Below are positions 39,253 to 48,344 of a DNA stretch of 64,000 bases, in pieces. The stretch comes from an uncultured Gammaproteobacteria bacterium (GTDB taxonomy: Bacteria > Patescibacteriota > Patescibacteriia > S139-126), in contig CAZUKA010000001.1 in assembly GCA_964620905.1 (NCBI GenBank), positions 222,524 through 286,523 of the forward strand, given 5' to 3'. Both the position numbers and the translations under genes were made by a program. The notes under the pieces were generated by a model. It ran no database searches, was not told where the DNA came from, and saw nothing but the letters and a program-made list of their open reading frames with translations. The first letter of the stretch is position 1. Every line of letters starts with the position of its first letter.

Positions 39253-39576
39253 TTATTTATTACGCGCCACCACCTCTAAACCCGATGTTAAATAAATCAC
39301 TTCGTCATTTTTTACTAAACCCAATCTTTTTGTTTCACTATCAATTCGACTGAGCGCTGTGAGTTCGGCGGCGGTAAAACTCAATTTTTCATTTTGTTGC
39401 TGCAATAAACTTATTTTTCTTTCTAGTTCTTTAAGATAATATCCTTGAGTGGAAACTTGGCTAATGTGCCAAACATAAGACAAACCAACGAGAATCAAAC
39501 AAGCCAAAGACAAAACGCGCCAGGTAAAAGAAATACTTTTTATTTTTTTATTTTTGTTATGAGCTCGACAAAGCAT
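39253..39576 (-). CDS. ftsL: FtsL-like cell division protein
   Basis: One TM plus a coiled coil, located between rsmH and the PBP. Confidence 0.7.
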   Translation of the reverse strand: MLCRAHNKNKKIKSISFTWRVLSLACLILVGLSYVWHISQVSTQGYYLKELERKISLLQQQNEKLSFTAAELTALSRIDSETKRLGLVKNDEVIYLTSGLEVVARNK

Positions 39577-39608
39577 GGGTTTTATTAATTAATTTTATTA
39601 GTGAAAAT

Positions 39609-40541
39609 TTAAATTTTTTCTACCACCCGCAATTTAGCTGACCGTGATCGATAATTTTTTTCTACCTCACTTGCGCTTGGTCTAATCGGTTTGGTAGTCA
39701 ATATTTTTAAACTGGCCTGATGCTGACAAATACATACAGCTGCTTCTTTCGGACAAATACAATCACGGGCTGAAATTTTAAAAAAATTTTTAATAATTTT
39801 ATCCTCGCCAGAATGAAAACTAACTATCGCCAACTTTGCTCCCTTGGGCATGATTTCAACGGCTGCTGGTAAAAATTTTTTTAAATTCTCAAATTCATTA
39901 TTAACTGCAATTCTTAATGCCTGCCAAGTCCGGGTAGAGGGATGTACTCGAGAATATTTCGACCAACGTCTGGCATATAAATCAGTAACAATCTTTTTCA
40001 ATAGTTTCGCAGTTATCTTACTTTTCTTTCTGAAATAAACAATTTGCCTAGCGATTGATCTGGACAAAGGCTCTTCACCAAAATTTTTTAAAATATCTGC
40101 TAATCTTTTTTCTGACCAATGATGCAAAATTTCATCAGCTGTTAGTGCTGTTTGTGGACTAAAACGGAGGTCCAGTTTTCCCTCGCTATCGAAACTAAAA
40201 CCACGTGTTTGATCTTCAACTTGTAAAGAGGAATAACCCAGGTCGCATACCACACCACTAATTTTATTAAATTTATATTCATTTATTTTTGTTTTTATTT
40301 TGTCAAAATTATCATTAATATAAATTATCCGATCTTTATAACTATGTAATCTTTTTTGGGCGTGTGAAATCGCTTCCGGATCAAGATCAAAACTCATCAC
40401 AATTCCTCTGGGACCGTTTTTTTTTAGTAAACCAAGGGTATAACCACCACCACCCAAAGTCGCATCAACAAAATCTTGATTTGATCGTGGTTCAATAAAA
40501 CGTATGACTTCTTCCAATAATACCGGTATATGGTCCGGCAT
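39609..40541 (-). CDS. rsmH: 16S rRNA m4C1402 methyltransferase
   Basis: HIPVLLEEV, DATLGGGG, DLGYSS, QALRIAVN, SFHSGED, RSAKLR. Confidence 0.97.
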   Translation of the reverse strand: MPDHIPVLLEEVIRFIEPRSNQDFVDATLGGGGYTLGLLKKNGPRGIVMSFDLDPEAISHAQKRLHSYKDRIIYINDNFDKIKTKINEYKFNKISGVVCDLGYSSLQVEDQTRGFSFDSEGKLDLRFSPQTALTADEILHHWSEKRLADILKNFGEEPLSRSIARQIVYFRKKSKITAKLLKKIVTDLYARRWSKYSRVHPSTRTWQALRIAVNNEFENLKKFLPAAVEIMPKGAKLAIVSFHSGEDKIIKNFFKISARDCICPKEAAVCICQHQASLKILTTKPIRPSASEVEKNYRSRSAKLRVVEKI

Positions 40542-40545
40542 AAAA

Positions 40546-40977
40546 CTAGACTCCTAATTCCCCTAACGCTTCGGCAATATCATTGCTGGAACTTTCTGTT
40601 TGTAACTTATATTTTTCCCATTCTTCTTCTGACCATAATTCCACTCGATTATAAAGACCAGCCACCACTGCTTTCTTTTTCAAAAATGCATAATTTCTCA
40701 AATAATCAGGTAAGACTATTCTACCCTGTTTATCCAAGGATAGATCCATAGCACCAGCTAACATCAATCTAGCAAAGGCTCGGGATTTACTTTGAGATAT
40801 TGGCAAACTGGATAATTTTTCTGCCAATTTTTTCCACTCGGAATTGGTATATAAAAATAATGATTTATCTAGACCCTTAGTAACTACTGCCCCACTCTTA
40901 AAAGCATTGCGAAACTTAACCGGTATTGCTAACCTGCCTTTTTCATCAATACTATGGTGAAATTCGCCGATAAACAT
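40546..40977 (-). CDS. mraZ: Transcriptional regulator MraZ
   Basis: MFIGEFHHSIDEKGRL, DKQGRI, RVELW. Confidence 0.97.
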   Translation of the reverse strand: MFIGEFHHSIDEKGRLAIPVKFRNAFKSGAVVTKGLDKSLFLYTNSEWKKLAEKLSSLPISQSKSRAFARLMLAGAMDLSLDKQGRIVLPDYLRNYAFLKKKAVVAGLYNRVELWSEEEWEKYKLQTESSSNDIAEALGELGV

Positions 40978-41012
40978 TTAATTTATAGATATTTTTATCT
41001 TTGGGATATTAG

Positions 41013-41099
41013 TTATCCACTTTTAACCTGACTTATCCCCACTTTTATCCACTTTTCACCCTCTATAAACATTATACCCCACTAAACCAAAAAAATCAA
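41013..41099 (-). promoter_or_regulatory. mraZ promoter with MraZ operator repeats
   Basis: TTGATT (41099-41094), 17 nt spacer, TATAAT (41076-41071). Downstream GTGG(G/A) repeats at roughly 10-nt phasing (GTGGATAAAAGTGGGGATAAGTCAGGTTAAAAGTGGATAA). Confidence 0.75.
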
Positions 41100-41152
41100 C
41101 CACTCCTCTCCCCTAAAATTAAATAAAAAAATAAATAAATCTTAGTAAAAAT

Positions 41153-41176
41153 AAAAAACACCGCTTTAAGCGGTGT
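41153..41176 (-). terminator. Intrinsic terminator after the HD-domain gene
   Basis: Minus strand ACACCGCTT-A-AAGCGGTGT followed by a T run. Confidence 0.7.
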
Positions 41177-41194
41177 ATAAGGTGTGGAAAAATT

Positions 41195-42007
41195 TTATTC
41201 GATAACTGAATTATCATTTTTTATTTTATTTTCCTGATAAATAATATCTGCGGCAATTTTTAAAGCATCAGGAATGTCTTTATTTGTTTCCAAAAAACTT
41301 TTAATGATATTATAATCATCGTCAGAATAAAAATAAGAAAAACCTTTTATTTCAAGGGCATATCGGTGTAATTCCTCAACATGTTGACGTAATGGCAACA
41401 ATAATACCGGCAATGCTTTAACTGGATCAGTCAGATATTCCTGGTAAGTAAAAATTACATAACCCAACCTTTCTATGGCAGTAAAAATTTTAGCCTCAAG
41501 TTCTTTATTATAAAACAATAATTCAGTCCAATCAGTATAACCCAATTTGTTGAGCAATCTTTCTCCTTCATTTGGTTCTGCACCATACTGCATAAGATAA
41601 TAAGGGAAAAGGTCAGCTTTTATCAGTTCTGATTTTTTAAAAATATTTAATAATTTATCAAATACTTTAAATTCACCTTCGCGATGATTGTTGTTGTTTT
41701 CTTTTCGATCAAAGGAAATATCACCCGGACTAGTATCATCAAAAATTATTTCACCAAAGTCATGTAGAAAAGCGCCTTTTAAAAGAATATATTTATCCAA
41801 ATTGGGATAAAAATTTTCTAAATAGTCTGACACAATAATAGTCAGCCAGGTTATATCCACAGTATGGTCAAAAGATGTTTGCCATCGACACATTTTAGCC
41901 TTAGGCAGTATATCCCAACGAAAAGTTCCTTTCATGCCTCTTTCTTGAACAGTTAAAAACTTGGCTAATTGATCAATTAGCCCTAATTTAATCTGAGTTT
42001 GTTTCAC
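41195..42007 (-). CDS. HD-domain phosphohydrolase (YfbR/5'-deoxynucleotidase-like)
   Basis: R...QTSFDHT...FLHDFGE...GDI. Strong AGGAGG SD before a GTG start. Confidence 0.7.
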   Translation of the reverse strand: MKQTQIKLGLIDQLAKFLTVQERGMKGTFRWDILPKAKMCRWQTSFDHTVDITWLTIIVSDYLENFYPNLDKYILLKGAFLHDFGEIIFDDTSPGDISFDRKENNNNHREGEFKVFDKLLNIFKKSELIKADLFPYYLMQYGAEPNEGERLLNKLGYTDWTELLFYNKELEAKIFTAIERLGYVIFTYQEYLTDPVKALPVLLLPLRQHVEELHRYALEIKGFSYFYSDDDYNIIKSFLETNKDIPDALKIAADIIYQENKIKNDNSVIE

Positions 42008-42087
42008 TTCATCCTCCTATGATTTATTTATTTTTTAAGATTCAATTTTACTATCTTATTATATTATTCAAAAAAAGCAAATAAAAT

Positions 42088-42624
42088 TCATAAATCTGTT
42101 TTCAATAGTGAATACCATAAAATATCCTGCCAACTACCAAAACGATAAAATGACTGACGCTGTTTGCCTTCTAAAACAAATTTATTTTTTTTCAATACCC
42201 GTTGTGAACCAATATTAGCAGCGAAACAAAAAGCATAGATCCGGTGTAGTTTCATTTTTTTAAAACCATACTTAACTACCAATTTAACCGCTTCCGTAGT
42301 CAAACCTACCCCCCATTTGTCTGGATGCAACCAATAACCCAGTTCGGCTTTTTTGTTCTCTTTACTTATATGATGTAAACCAATACCACCAATAATCAAA
42401 CCAGAATCTTTTTCAGTTATAAACCAAAACTGATCAGTGCCTTTTTTCAGTTTGTTGGCTTGTTCACGAATAAATTTTTTGGCATCAGTCAAACGATATG
42501 GATAAGGAATATGTGTTGTCCATTGCCCTATTTTTTTGTGATTTATTTGTCGCGCCAATTCAACAGCATCTTTAGGTGAAGCTGATCTTAAAATCAGACG
42601 CTTACCAATTACTTTTGATTTCAT
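42088..42624 (-). CDS. RimJ/RimL-family GNAT acetyltransferase
   Basis: RLILR, AELGYWL, WGVGLTTEA, NIGSQRVL, EGKQR. Confidence 0.9.
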   Translation of the reverse strand: MKSKVIGKRLILRSASPKDAVELARQINHKKIGQWTTHIPYPYRLTDAKKFIREQANKLKKGTDQFWFITEKDSGLIIGGIGLHHISKENKKAELGYWLHPDKWGVGLTTEAVKLVVKYGFKKMKLHRIYAFCFAANIGSQRVLKKNKFVLEGKQRQSFYRFGSWQDILWYSLLKTDL

Positions 42625-43037
42625 CAGATTTTATTTTTAATATTTATTTTTGGTGCCTGATTATAAAAAGGCAAAACTAAAGAAAACTTACTTCGCCGAC
42701 TCAAATATTTCTTACCCAACTTATATAGCTCTTCAACCGAACCAAACAATTCTTTACTTATTCCAACAATAGGTATATTTAGCTGCCAAGCAATAGTATT
42801 AGCCACAGCTAAACCAATTCGCAAAGCAGAAAAACTACCCGGTCCAGATACTACTATTAAACCAGTCAATTTAGTCAATTTTATCTTTTTTAATCTTAAA
42901 AGTTTATCGATTGTGTTCAATAATTTTTCTTCGTGGGCGAATTTTGCTTTGACAACAACTTTAATAACAATTTTATTCTGATCAGCCAAAGCGACCAGCA
43001 AACCCTCCAGCTCACTACTGTTGATAATTAAAATCAT
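42624..43037 (-). CDS. tsaB: t6A biosynthesis protein TsaB (short)
   Basis: HEEKLL, GPGSFSALRIG, NIPIVGI. Confidence 0.85.
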   Translation of the reverse strand: MILIINSSELEGLLVALADQNKIVIKVVVKAKFAHEEKLLNTIDKLLRLKKIKLTKLTGLIVVSGPGSFSALRIGLAVANTIAWQLNIPIVGISKELFGSVEELYKLGKKYLSRRSKFSLVLPFYNQAPKINIKNKI

Positions 43038-43720
43038 ATGAAATACTTTTTTATATCTTTAAAACTAAGTTTTAAATATTTACCGACCGGTAAATCACGC
43101 AAAATAAATCTACCCAGTCGTACCCGACATAGTTGTAAAACCTGATAGCCAAAAAAGCCAAACATTAAACGTATTTGTCGGTTATAACCTTGGTGTAAAA
43201 TAACCTGATAAGTAAAATCATCCTTTTCAACAATTTCATCAAATTTCATTATTTTACCAGATAAATCAATACCCTTAAGCATCACTTGGCTATCAGTTGC
43301 AGATATTTTTTTATCACAAACTACTAAATATTCTTTTTCAGTTTGATGCTTGGGATGAGATATGATTTGTGCCAATTCTCCATCATTTGTTAAAACAATC
43401 AAACCGGTTGTATTTTTATCCAAACGACCAACCGGGAAAACTGGGACATCACTCGGTACTAAATCAGTGACAAGCAAATCTGCCTGCTCTCTGTTGGCAG
43501 TACAAACATAACCCAAAGGTTTATGTAAAACATAATAAACTAGTTTAAGAGGCTTAATAACTTTCCCATGCAATTTTACAATATCAGTATAATTTACTTT
43601 GGTGGCTAAATCACTAACCAGATGGCCATTGATACTAATATCACCGCGCCTGATAAATGATTCGGCCTGACGACGAGAAAAATTTGTGGCGGAAGCTATA
43701 TAACGATTCAAACGAATCAT
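43034..43720 (-). CDS. RsuA/RluB-family pseudouridine synthase
   Basis: S4 domain RLNRYIA...SRR, HKPLG, VGRLDKNTTGL, GYNRQIR. Confidence 0.92.
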   Translation of the reverse strand: MIRLNRYIASATNFSRRQAESFIRRGDISINGHLVSDLATKVNYTDIVKLHGKVIKPLKLVYYVLHKPLGYVCTANREQADLLVTDLVPSDVPVFPVGRLDKNTTGLIVLTNDGELAQIISHPKHQTEKEYLVVCDKKISATDSQVMLKGIDLSGKIMKFDEIVEKDDFTYQVILHQGYNRQIRLMFGFFGYQVLQLCRVRLGRFILRDLPVGKYLKLSFKDIKKYFI

Positions 43721-44289
43721 TTTTTTACCCGGAAAATTTTATCAACAACAACAATTTTTTGTCCGTTGAGAATATTGTAAATAAAACGATCTGTCATTTG
43801 ACTTCGAGCTTGAAATTCATGGGGTGAAAGTATAGTATAATTTATTTCCTGATCAAAATTTTTTTCCAATAATTTCAAAATGTTTTTTAATTTATCCACT
43901 GGTATCTTATCGCCCACTACCAAAATATCTGTCAAAGTATCAACCCGACGAACAAACTTTCCAGTCAGTAAACAATATTTTATTTGTTTGATATTTCTTA
44001 TTCTTTCTAAAATACGATCCTCTATCAAACCTTGTGATTTTATAATCAAAGCTTCAATCTCCGGATACAACAAAAAATCTTTATTGACTTGGTAATATTT
44101 TTTTTGTTCTTGATTAAAAGTTATTAAAAAACCAATACTTACAAGATTCTCCAATTCGCGTCTAACAGAATTTATTCGCTCATCAATTTCTCTAGTAAGC
44201 TCTCGAACAAAAAATTTACTTTCCGGATTTAGTAAGAATTTTTTTAATAATTTGACTCTAGTTCTTGAACTAAATAGTTGTTCAAGCAT
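43717..44289 (-). CDS. Winged-HTH protein with a degenerate nucleotidyltransferase-like C-terminus
   Basis: LFSSRTRVKLL...FVRELTR...INSVRRELENL; C-terminal TGKF...DILVVG. Confidence 0.65.
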   Translation of the reverse strand: MLEQLFSSRTRVKLLKKFLLNPESKFFVRELTREIDERINSVRRELENLVSIGFLITFNQEQKKYYQVNKDFLLYPEIEALIIKSQGLIEDRILERIRNIKQIKYCLLTGKFVRRVDTLTDILVVGDKIPVDKLKNILKLLEKNFDQEINYTILSPHEFQARSQMTDRFIYNILNGQKIVVVDKIFRVKK

Positions 44290-44422
44290 ATTGAAAAAAG
44301 TAAAAATAATCAGTATAATTTTTTATATTTTCATACTAACTCACTATCTAGCGACTGTCAATATTACCAAAAATAAAATATACTATCAATAGGCCCAATC
44401 GCTTTAAATAATTTGCTATTTT

Positions 44423-46558
44423 ATGAGTCTGCTGAGTCAAAATATATTTCTTCCCGCTGATAAACCGATCAATAACGCAACTTTCTTTTATACTCATTTA
44501 CCTGAAATTAATGAGTTGGGTTATTTAATCTTTGGAGTTGATACCTATCTTCCACTTTCTCAACACCATACTATTATAAACCTACTAAACTCATTGAGTG
44601 ACAACTATTTTTTACGACAAGATATCGCTGATCCACTGGGTTGCTTGGAAAAAGTCATCAATCAATTTAATTTGGAATTCTTACAAAATTTTTTAGAACA
44701 AATTAGTTGGTCAAGAAAAATAAATATCACATTAGCTTTATTAGTTGATCAAAAACTCCACTTTGCCAATTATGGTAATAATCACCTACTGCTGCTAAAA
44801 CAAAAAAATTATATTGATATTATTAGACAGGTATCAGCCAACCTTCACTTATCTTCTAAAAAAATATTTGACCAAATTTATTCAGGTGATATAAATCAAT
44901 TCAATCGTTTAGCTCTATGCAACCAAGCGGTTTTAGATTATATTTCATCTGAAAAAATTAAAAATATTTTCAATATTTTACCTATACAAAATATTCCCGA
45001 ACAATTAATACAACTTACCAAACAAACTTTTCGTAATCAAAATATGTCGGGTATTATTATCTTGAATCCCGAATTTAAAACAATCAACAATGATTTGGGC
45101 GAAAAAAAGGTTTTTTTAACTGATGACACAATAAAAAATTTACAAATCAAAACTGCTGAAACGCAAAAATATCTTCACCCCAAATACCTGCCCGATATAG
45201 AACAAATCAAACAAAAATTTTTAAAATTATTACCTAAAACAAAAAATCAACTTGTCTATCAAAAAGAGAATAAAAATATATCGGGCTTTAAAAACTATTT
45301 AAATAAGTTTAGAGGGTTGCCTGCTAATGTTTCTTTTTTAAATCGTAAATATAAACACCAAATTTTAGATTTAGGTCAATTTTTAAAAAATGTGCCGGTT
45401 GATTTATTATTTTCTTTAAAACAGTTACATCTAAAAATAAAATCTTTGTCAAAGTTAAGCAAATTTTTATTAGCGGCATCGTTAATATTGATATTTTCCT
45501 TATTATTTAATCTGTCAGTACTGGGTATTAAAAAAAATACCAATATTAGTACCGAATATTTCAACCAAACTGTAAATCAAATTCAAGCCTTACAAAGCGA
45601 AGCTCAAGCGGCTATTATCTATGGTGACAATCAAAAAGCCAAACAAGTGTTAAACCAAGCACTAAACTTGACCTTCAACTTACCAAAAAACAATAGTGAA
45701 AGAGAAAAAATAAATTTTGATTTATTACAAAAAAATGAGCAATTATTAAATGAGGCTAACCGATTAATTGTTCTTTCTTCACTTTCACCTTTGATTAGTA
45801 TTGATAGTATCACCAACGAAAATCCAATAAAAAATAGCCTCTATATCAATGGAAATAATTTATTTTTTTTAACAAACAATTCATTGTTTAAAATAAATTT
45901 AAATGACCGAGCTATTACCAAATTAGACTTGCCCGACCAAAAACCTGAATTATTGATTACGGAAAAAGAAAATTTGTTTGTCTTTTTTTCTGAAAATAAA
46001 ACTCTCTACCGTTTAGACGTTGATTCCAATGAATGGCAAAACACCCTACTCCCTTGGACAGAAAATAAACCCCCCAGTAGCGGCGGTATTTATAACAATA
46101 ATATTTATTTGAGTACAGCAGATGATAATAAAATATTAAGATACAACAATATCGGCAATAGTTTTACCGGACCACAAATTTGGCTTGGACCAAATAAAAT
46201 AAGCGAGGTTTCCAGTCTAAGCATTGATGGATCAATTTACACATTGCAAACAAATGGTCAAATATACAAATTTACTCGGGGTGAACAACAAATTTTTTCA
46301 GTAGAGCCAATAGAACCAAATATAAAATCCGGAGGTCAAATAATCACCAACAACGATCTTACGGTTATTTATATACTAGATCCGTCCAATAAACGACTAG
46401 TCATTATTAATAAAGAAGGTAAACTTGTTCAACAGTATAAATCTGATGTTTTTAGCAACCTTGAAGCTGTGGCAGTCAGTCAGAAAAAGGAAAACAATAA
46501 ACGAATCATTTATTTGTTCGCTGAAAAAAATATCTATGAATTGTTAGTAGCTGAATAA
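44423..46558 (+). CDS. Large membrane protein: cytoplasmic N-domain, one TM, extracellular beta-propeller-like C-terminus
   Basis: Central TM FLLAASLILIFSLLFNLSVLGI. C-terminal NHL-like blades (YNNNIYL, IDGSIY, IYILDPSNKRLV). Confidence 0.65.
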   Translation: MSLLSQNIFLPADKPINNATFFYTHLPEINELGYLIFGVDTYLPLSQHHTIINLLNSLSDNYFLRQDIADPLGCLEKVINQFNLEFLQNFLEQISWSRKINITLALLVDQKLHFANYGNNHLLLLKQKNYIDIIRQVSANLHLSSKKIFDQIYSGDINQFNRLALCNQAVLDYISSEKIKNIFNILPIQNIPEQLIQLTKQTFRNQNMSGIIILNPEFKTINNDLGEKKVFLTDDTIKNLQIKTAETQKYLHPKYLPDIEQIKQKFLKLLPKTKNQLVYQKENKNISGFKNYLNKFRGLPANVSFLNRKYKHQILDLGQFLKNVPVDLLFSLKQLHLKIKSLSKLSKFLLAASLILIFSLLFNLSVLGIKKNTNISTEYFNQTVNQIQALQSEAQAAIIYGDNQKAKQVLNQALNLTFNLPKNNSEREKINFDLLQKNEQLLNEANRLIVLSSLSPLISIDSITNENPIKNSLYINGNNLFFLTNNSLFKINLNDRAITKLDLPDQKPELLITEKENLFVFFSENKTLYRLDVDSNEWQNTLLPWTENKPPSSGGIYNNNIYLSTADDNKILRYNNIGNSFTGPQIWLGPNKISEVSSLSIDGSIYTLQTNGQIYKFTRGEQQIFSVEPIEPNIKSGGQIITNNDLTVIYILDPSNKRLVIINKEGKLVQQYKSDVFSNLEAVAVSQKKENNKRIIYLFAEKNIYELLVAE

Positions 46559-46571
46559 ACATGATCAAAGC

Positions 46572-46606
46572 AAAAAAAACCGTCCCGAACAAATCGGGAC
46601 GGTTTT
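46572..46606. terminator. Bidirectional terminator between rplL and the convergent gene
   Basis: AAAACCGTCCCGA-ACAAA-TCGGGACGGTTTT. Confidence 0.85.
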
Positions 46607-46616
46607 AATATAATTG

Positions 46617-47018
46617 TTATTTCAAATTTACCGTAGCTCCTGCTTCTTCCAATTTTTTCTTCATTTCATCTGCTTCCTCTTTTTTCAAACCTTCTTTCAA
46701 TACTTTTGGTGCACCATCAACTATGTCTTTTGCCTCTTTCAAACCCAATTGAGTTACTTCGCGTACTACTTTGATAACACCAATCTTATTCTCTCCAGCA
46801 GAAGCTAATTCCAAAGTAAACTCTGATTTTTCTTCTGCCGCGACTGCTCCAGCGCCGGCAGTAGACGCTGCCATGGCGACCGGAGCTGCTGCTGATACAC
46901 CAAATTTATCTTCCAAGACTTTCACCAATTCAGATAAGTCAAGGACAGACATTTTTTCAATTTCTTCAACTAATTTTTTAAATTTTTCCGGTACGGAAAC
47001 TTTTTTTTCTTCACTCAT
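46617..47018 (-). CDS. rplL: 50S ribosomal protein L7/L12
   Basis: [33 protein letters not shown]. Confidence 0.98.
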   Translation of the reverse strand: MSEEKKVSVPEKFKKLVEEIEKMSVLDLSELVKVLEDKFGVSAAAPVAMAASTAGAGAVAAEEKSEFTLELASAGENKIGVIKVVREVTQLGLKEAKDIVDGAPKVLKEGLKKEEADEMKKKLEEAGATVNLK

Positions 47019-47027
47019 AAATATAAA

Positions 47028-47552
47028 TTAATTTTTAGATAATTTAATTGCCTGCAAAGCGTAAAGTAAACTGCGCAAACTACCGGCAAACACATTTACT
47101 AAACCTGATACTGGGGCATTGATAGAACCAACAAATTTTGCCAATAATTCTTCCCTACTAGGTAAACTGGCCAGAGCTTTAACCCGAGAATCGTCGATAA
47201 AATTATTTTCCAATAGACCTCCAAATATTTTCATATTACCGTTGGTTTGACCAAACTTGGCAACCACCCGGGCAGGAGCAACTTCATCCTGATAACCAAA
47301 AGCAACCGTCACATTACCTAAAAAATCATCAACAATTGTATCAGATATTTCCTTTTGTTGTAGAGCAATCTTCAATAAATTTTTTTTGGCCATCTTCAAC
47401 TCTCCACCAGATTGACGTAATGCCTTGCGTAATTCTTCGGTCTGACTGACTGTCAAACCTTGATAAGAAGCAAATACAACTGCTTTGGCTTGAGCCAATT
47501 TATCAGTCAAATCTTTTACTTCTTGATCCTTTTGTTGTTTAGTTTTAGCCAT
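47028..47552 (-). CDS. rplJ: 50S ribosomal protein L10
   Basis: YQGLTV, KKNLL, LASLPSREELLA. Likely start MAKTKQQK. Confidence 0.96.
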   Translation of the reverse strand: MAKTKQQKDQEVKDLTDKLAQAKAVVFASYQGLTVSQTEELRKALRQSGGELKMAKKNLLKIALQQKEISDTIVDDFLGNVTVAFGYQDEVAPARVVAKFGQTNGNMKIFGGLLENNFIDDSRVKALASLPSREELLAKFVGSINAPVSGLVNVFAGSLRSLLYALQAIKLSKN

Positions 47553-47562
47553 AAAATATAAC

Positions 47563-47686
47563 AAAAAAACTGCGTAAAACGCAGACTATTTGTTGGTATT
47601 CGACCAAAAATCCAATAATTGGACTTTCTACCTCGATAGGCGATCATGTTCATTAACCCTAGTTTTTGGGACCTATTGTCTGCGGT
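47563..47686 (-). ncRNA. Ribosomal protein L10 leader (autoregulatory cis element)
   Basis: Minus strand ACCGCAGACAATAGG...TTAA...CCTATCGAGGT matches the L10-leader core. It is followed by a CTGCG-TTTTA-CGCAG-T7 terminator-like hairpin before rplJ. Confidence 0.8.
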
Positions 47687-47732
47687 GTATATAAATATTA
47701 TAGTAAAATATTAATTCGGTCAAGGATAAAAT

Positions 47733-47759
47733 AAAAACCCCGAAAATCGGGGTTATTTT
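47733..47759 (-). terminator. Intrinsic terminator closing the small two-gene unit
   Basis: Minus strand AACCCCGA-TTT-TCGGGGTTTTT. Confidence 0.75.
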
Positions 47760-47895
47760 ACAAAATAGGGTTTTTTTTCACTTTTTTTGTTATAATAACT
47801 TTTTTGGAAAATAAATTTTCCTTAAATTGTTTTTCAATGTAATTGGCCAAAAAATTATTATTGGCTTTTTGTCTTTTTTTGGTTTTTCTATTCAT
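47758..47895 (-). CDS. Unannotated 45-aa Lys-rich microprotein
   Basis: ATGA overlap with the stop of the upstream ORF. Manual translation MNRKTKKRQKANNNFLANYIEKQFKENLFSKKVIITKKVKKNPIL*. The stop abuts the terminator. Confidence 0.45.
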   Translation of the reverse strand: MNRKTKKRQKANNNFLANYIEKQFKENLFSKKVIITKKVKKNPIL

Positions 47896-48104
47896 AATGC
47901 ACCAGCTTCAATACCGGCAGTAAATTCTTCTCTACTTAAAAAAGACGTAAAAGGAAAATTCATTTCCGTAAAACCATGGTATTCCAAGAATTTTTGATAT
48001 TCTTTTTTTAAATGGTCTTGTGTTAATAACAAGAATTTTTTAGTTGGTTGGTCAGTTAATACAGCTTGTGGTACTGTGGCCTTCTCTAAATTATCTGAAT
48101 GCAT
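47892..48104 (-). CDS. 70-aa orphan protein
   Basis: AGGAGG SD upstream of the ATG; no recognisable family. Confidence 0.65.
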   Translation of the reverse strand: MHSDNLEKATVPQAVLTDQPTKKFLLLTQDHLKKEYQKFLEYHGFTEMNFPFTSFLSREEFTAGIEAGAL

Positions 48105-48154
48105 AGGAACCTCCTATAAATTGTTGAATAAATGATTTGTTAAAGGACTAAAAT

Positions 48155-48291
48155 AAAAAAACTGGCTTTTTGTAGCCAGCTAATAAATATGCAAAAGATG
48201 CTGACTACACCGCCAGAATAATGATAATAATAACAAACAAAGAAGTTATAATCTCTGAAAACATTTTAATTTTTGACCGGTTGGTAGTCAT
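48155..48291 (-). promoter_or_regulatory. Putative Ile-sensing ribosome-dependent transcription attenuator (leader peptide 48205-48291)
   Basis: Leader MTTNRSKIKMFSEIITSLFVIIIIILAV*. Antiterminator pair GTAGTCAGC:GCTGGCTAC. Terminator CTGGCT-ACAAAA-AGCCAG-T7. Confidence 0.65.
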
Positions 48292-48344
48292 ATCAAGATT
48301 TTAACAAATTAATAGACTAAAACAAGATCATACTTGTGGATAAA

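Noticed and set aside
41013-41082. TTATCCAC-like repeats as a possible oriC DnaA-box cluster
   Set aside because: Their position directly upstream of mraZ and roughly 10-nt GTGG phasing fit MraZ operators. There is no dnaA/dnaN nearby.
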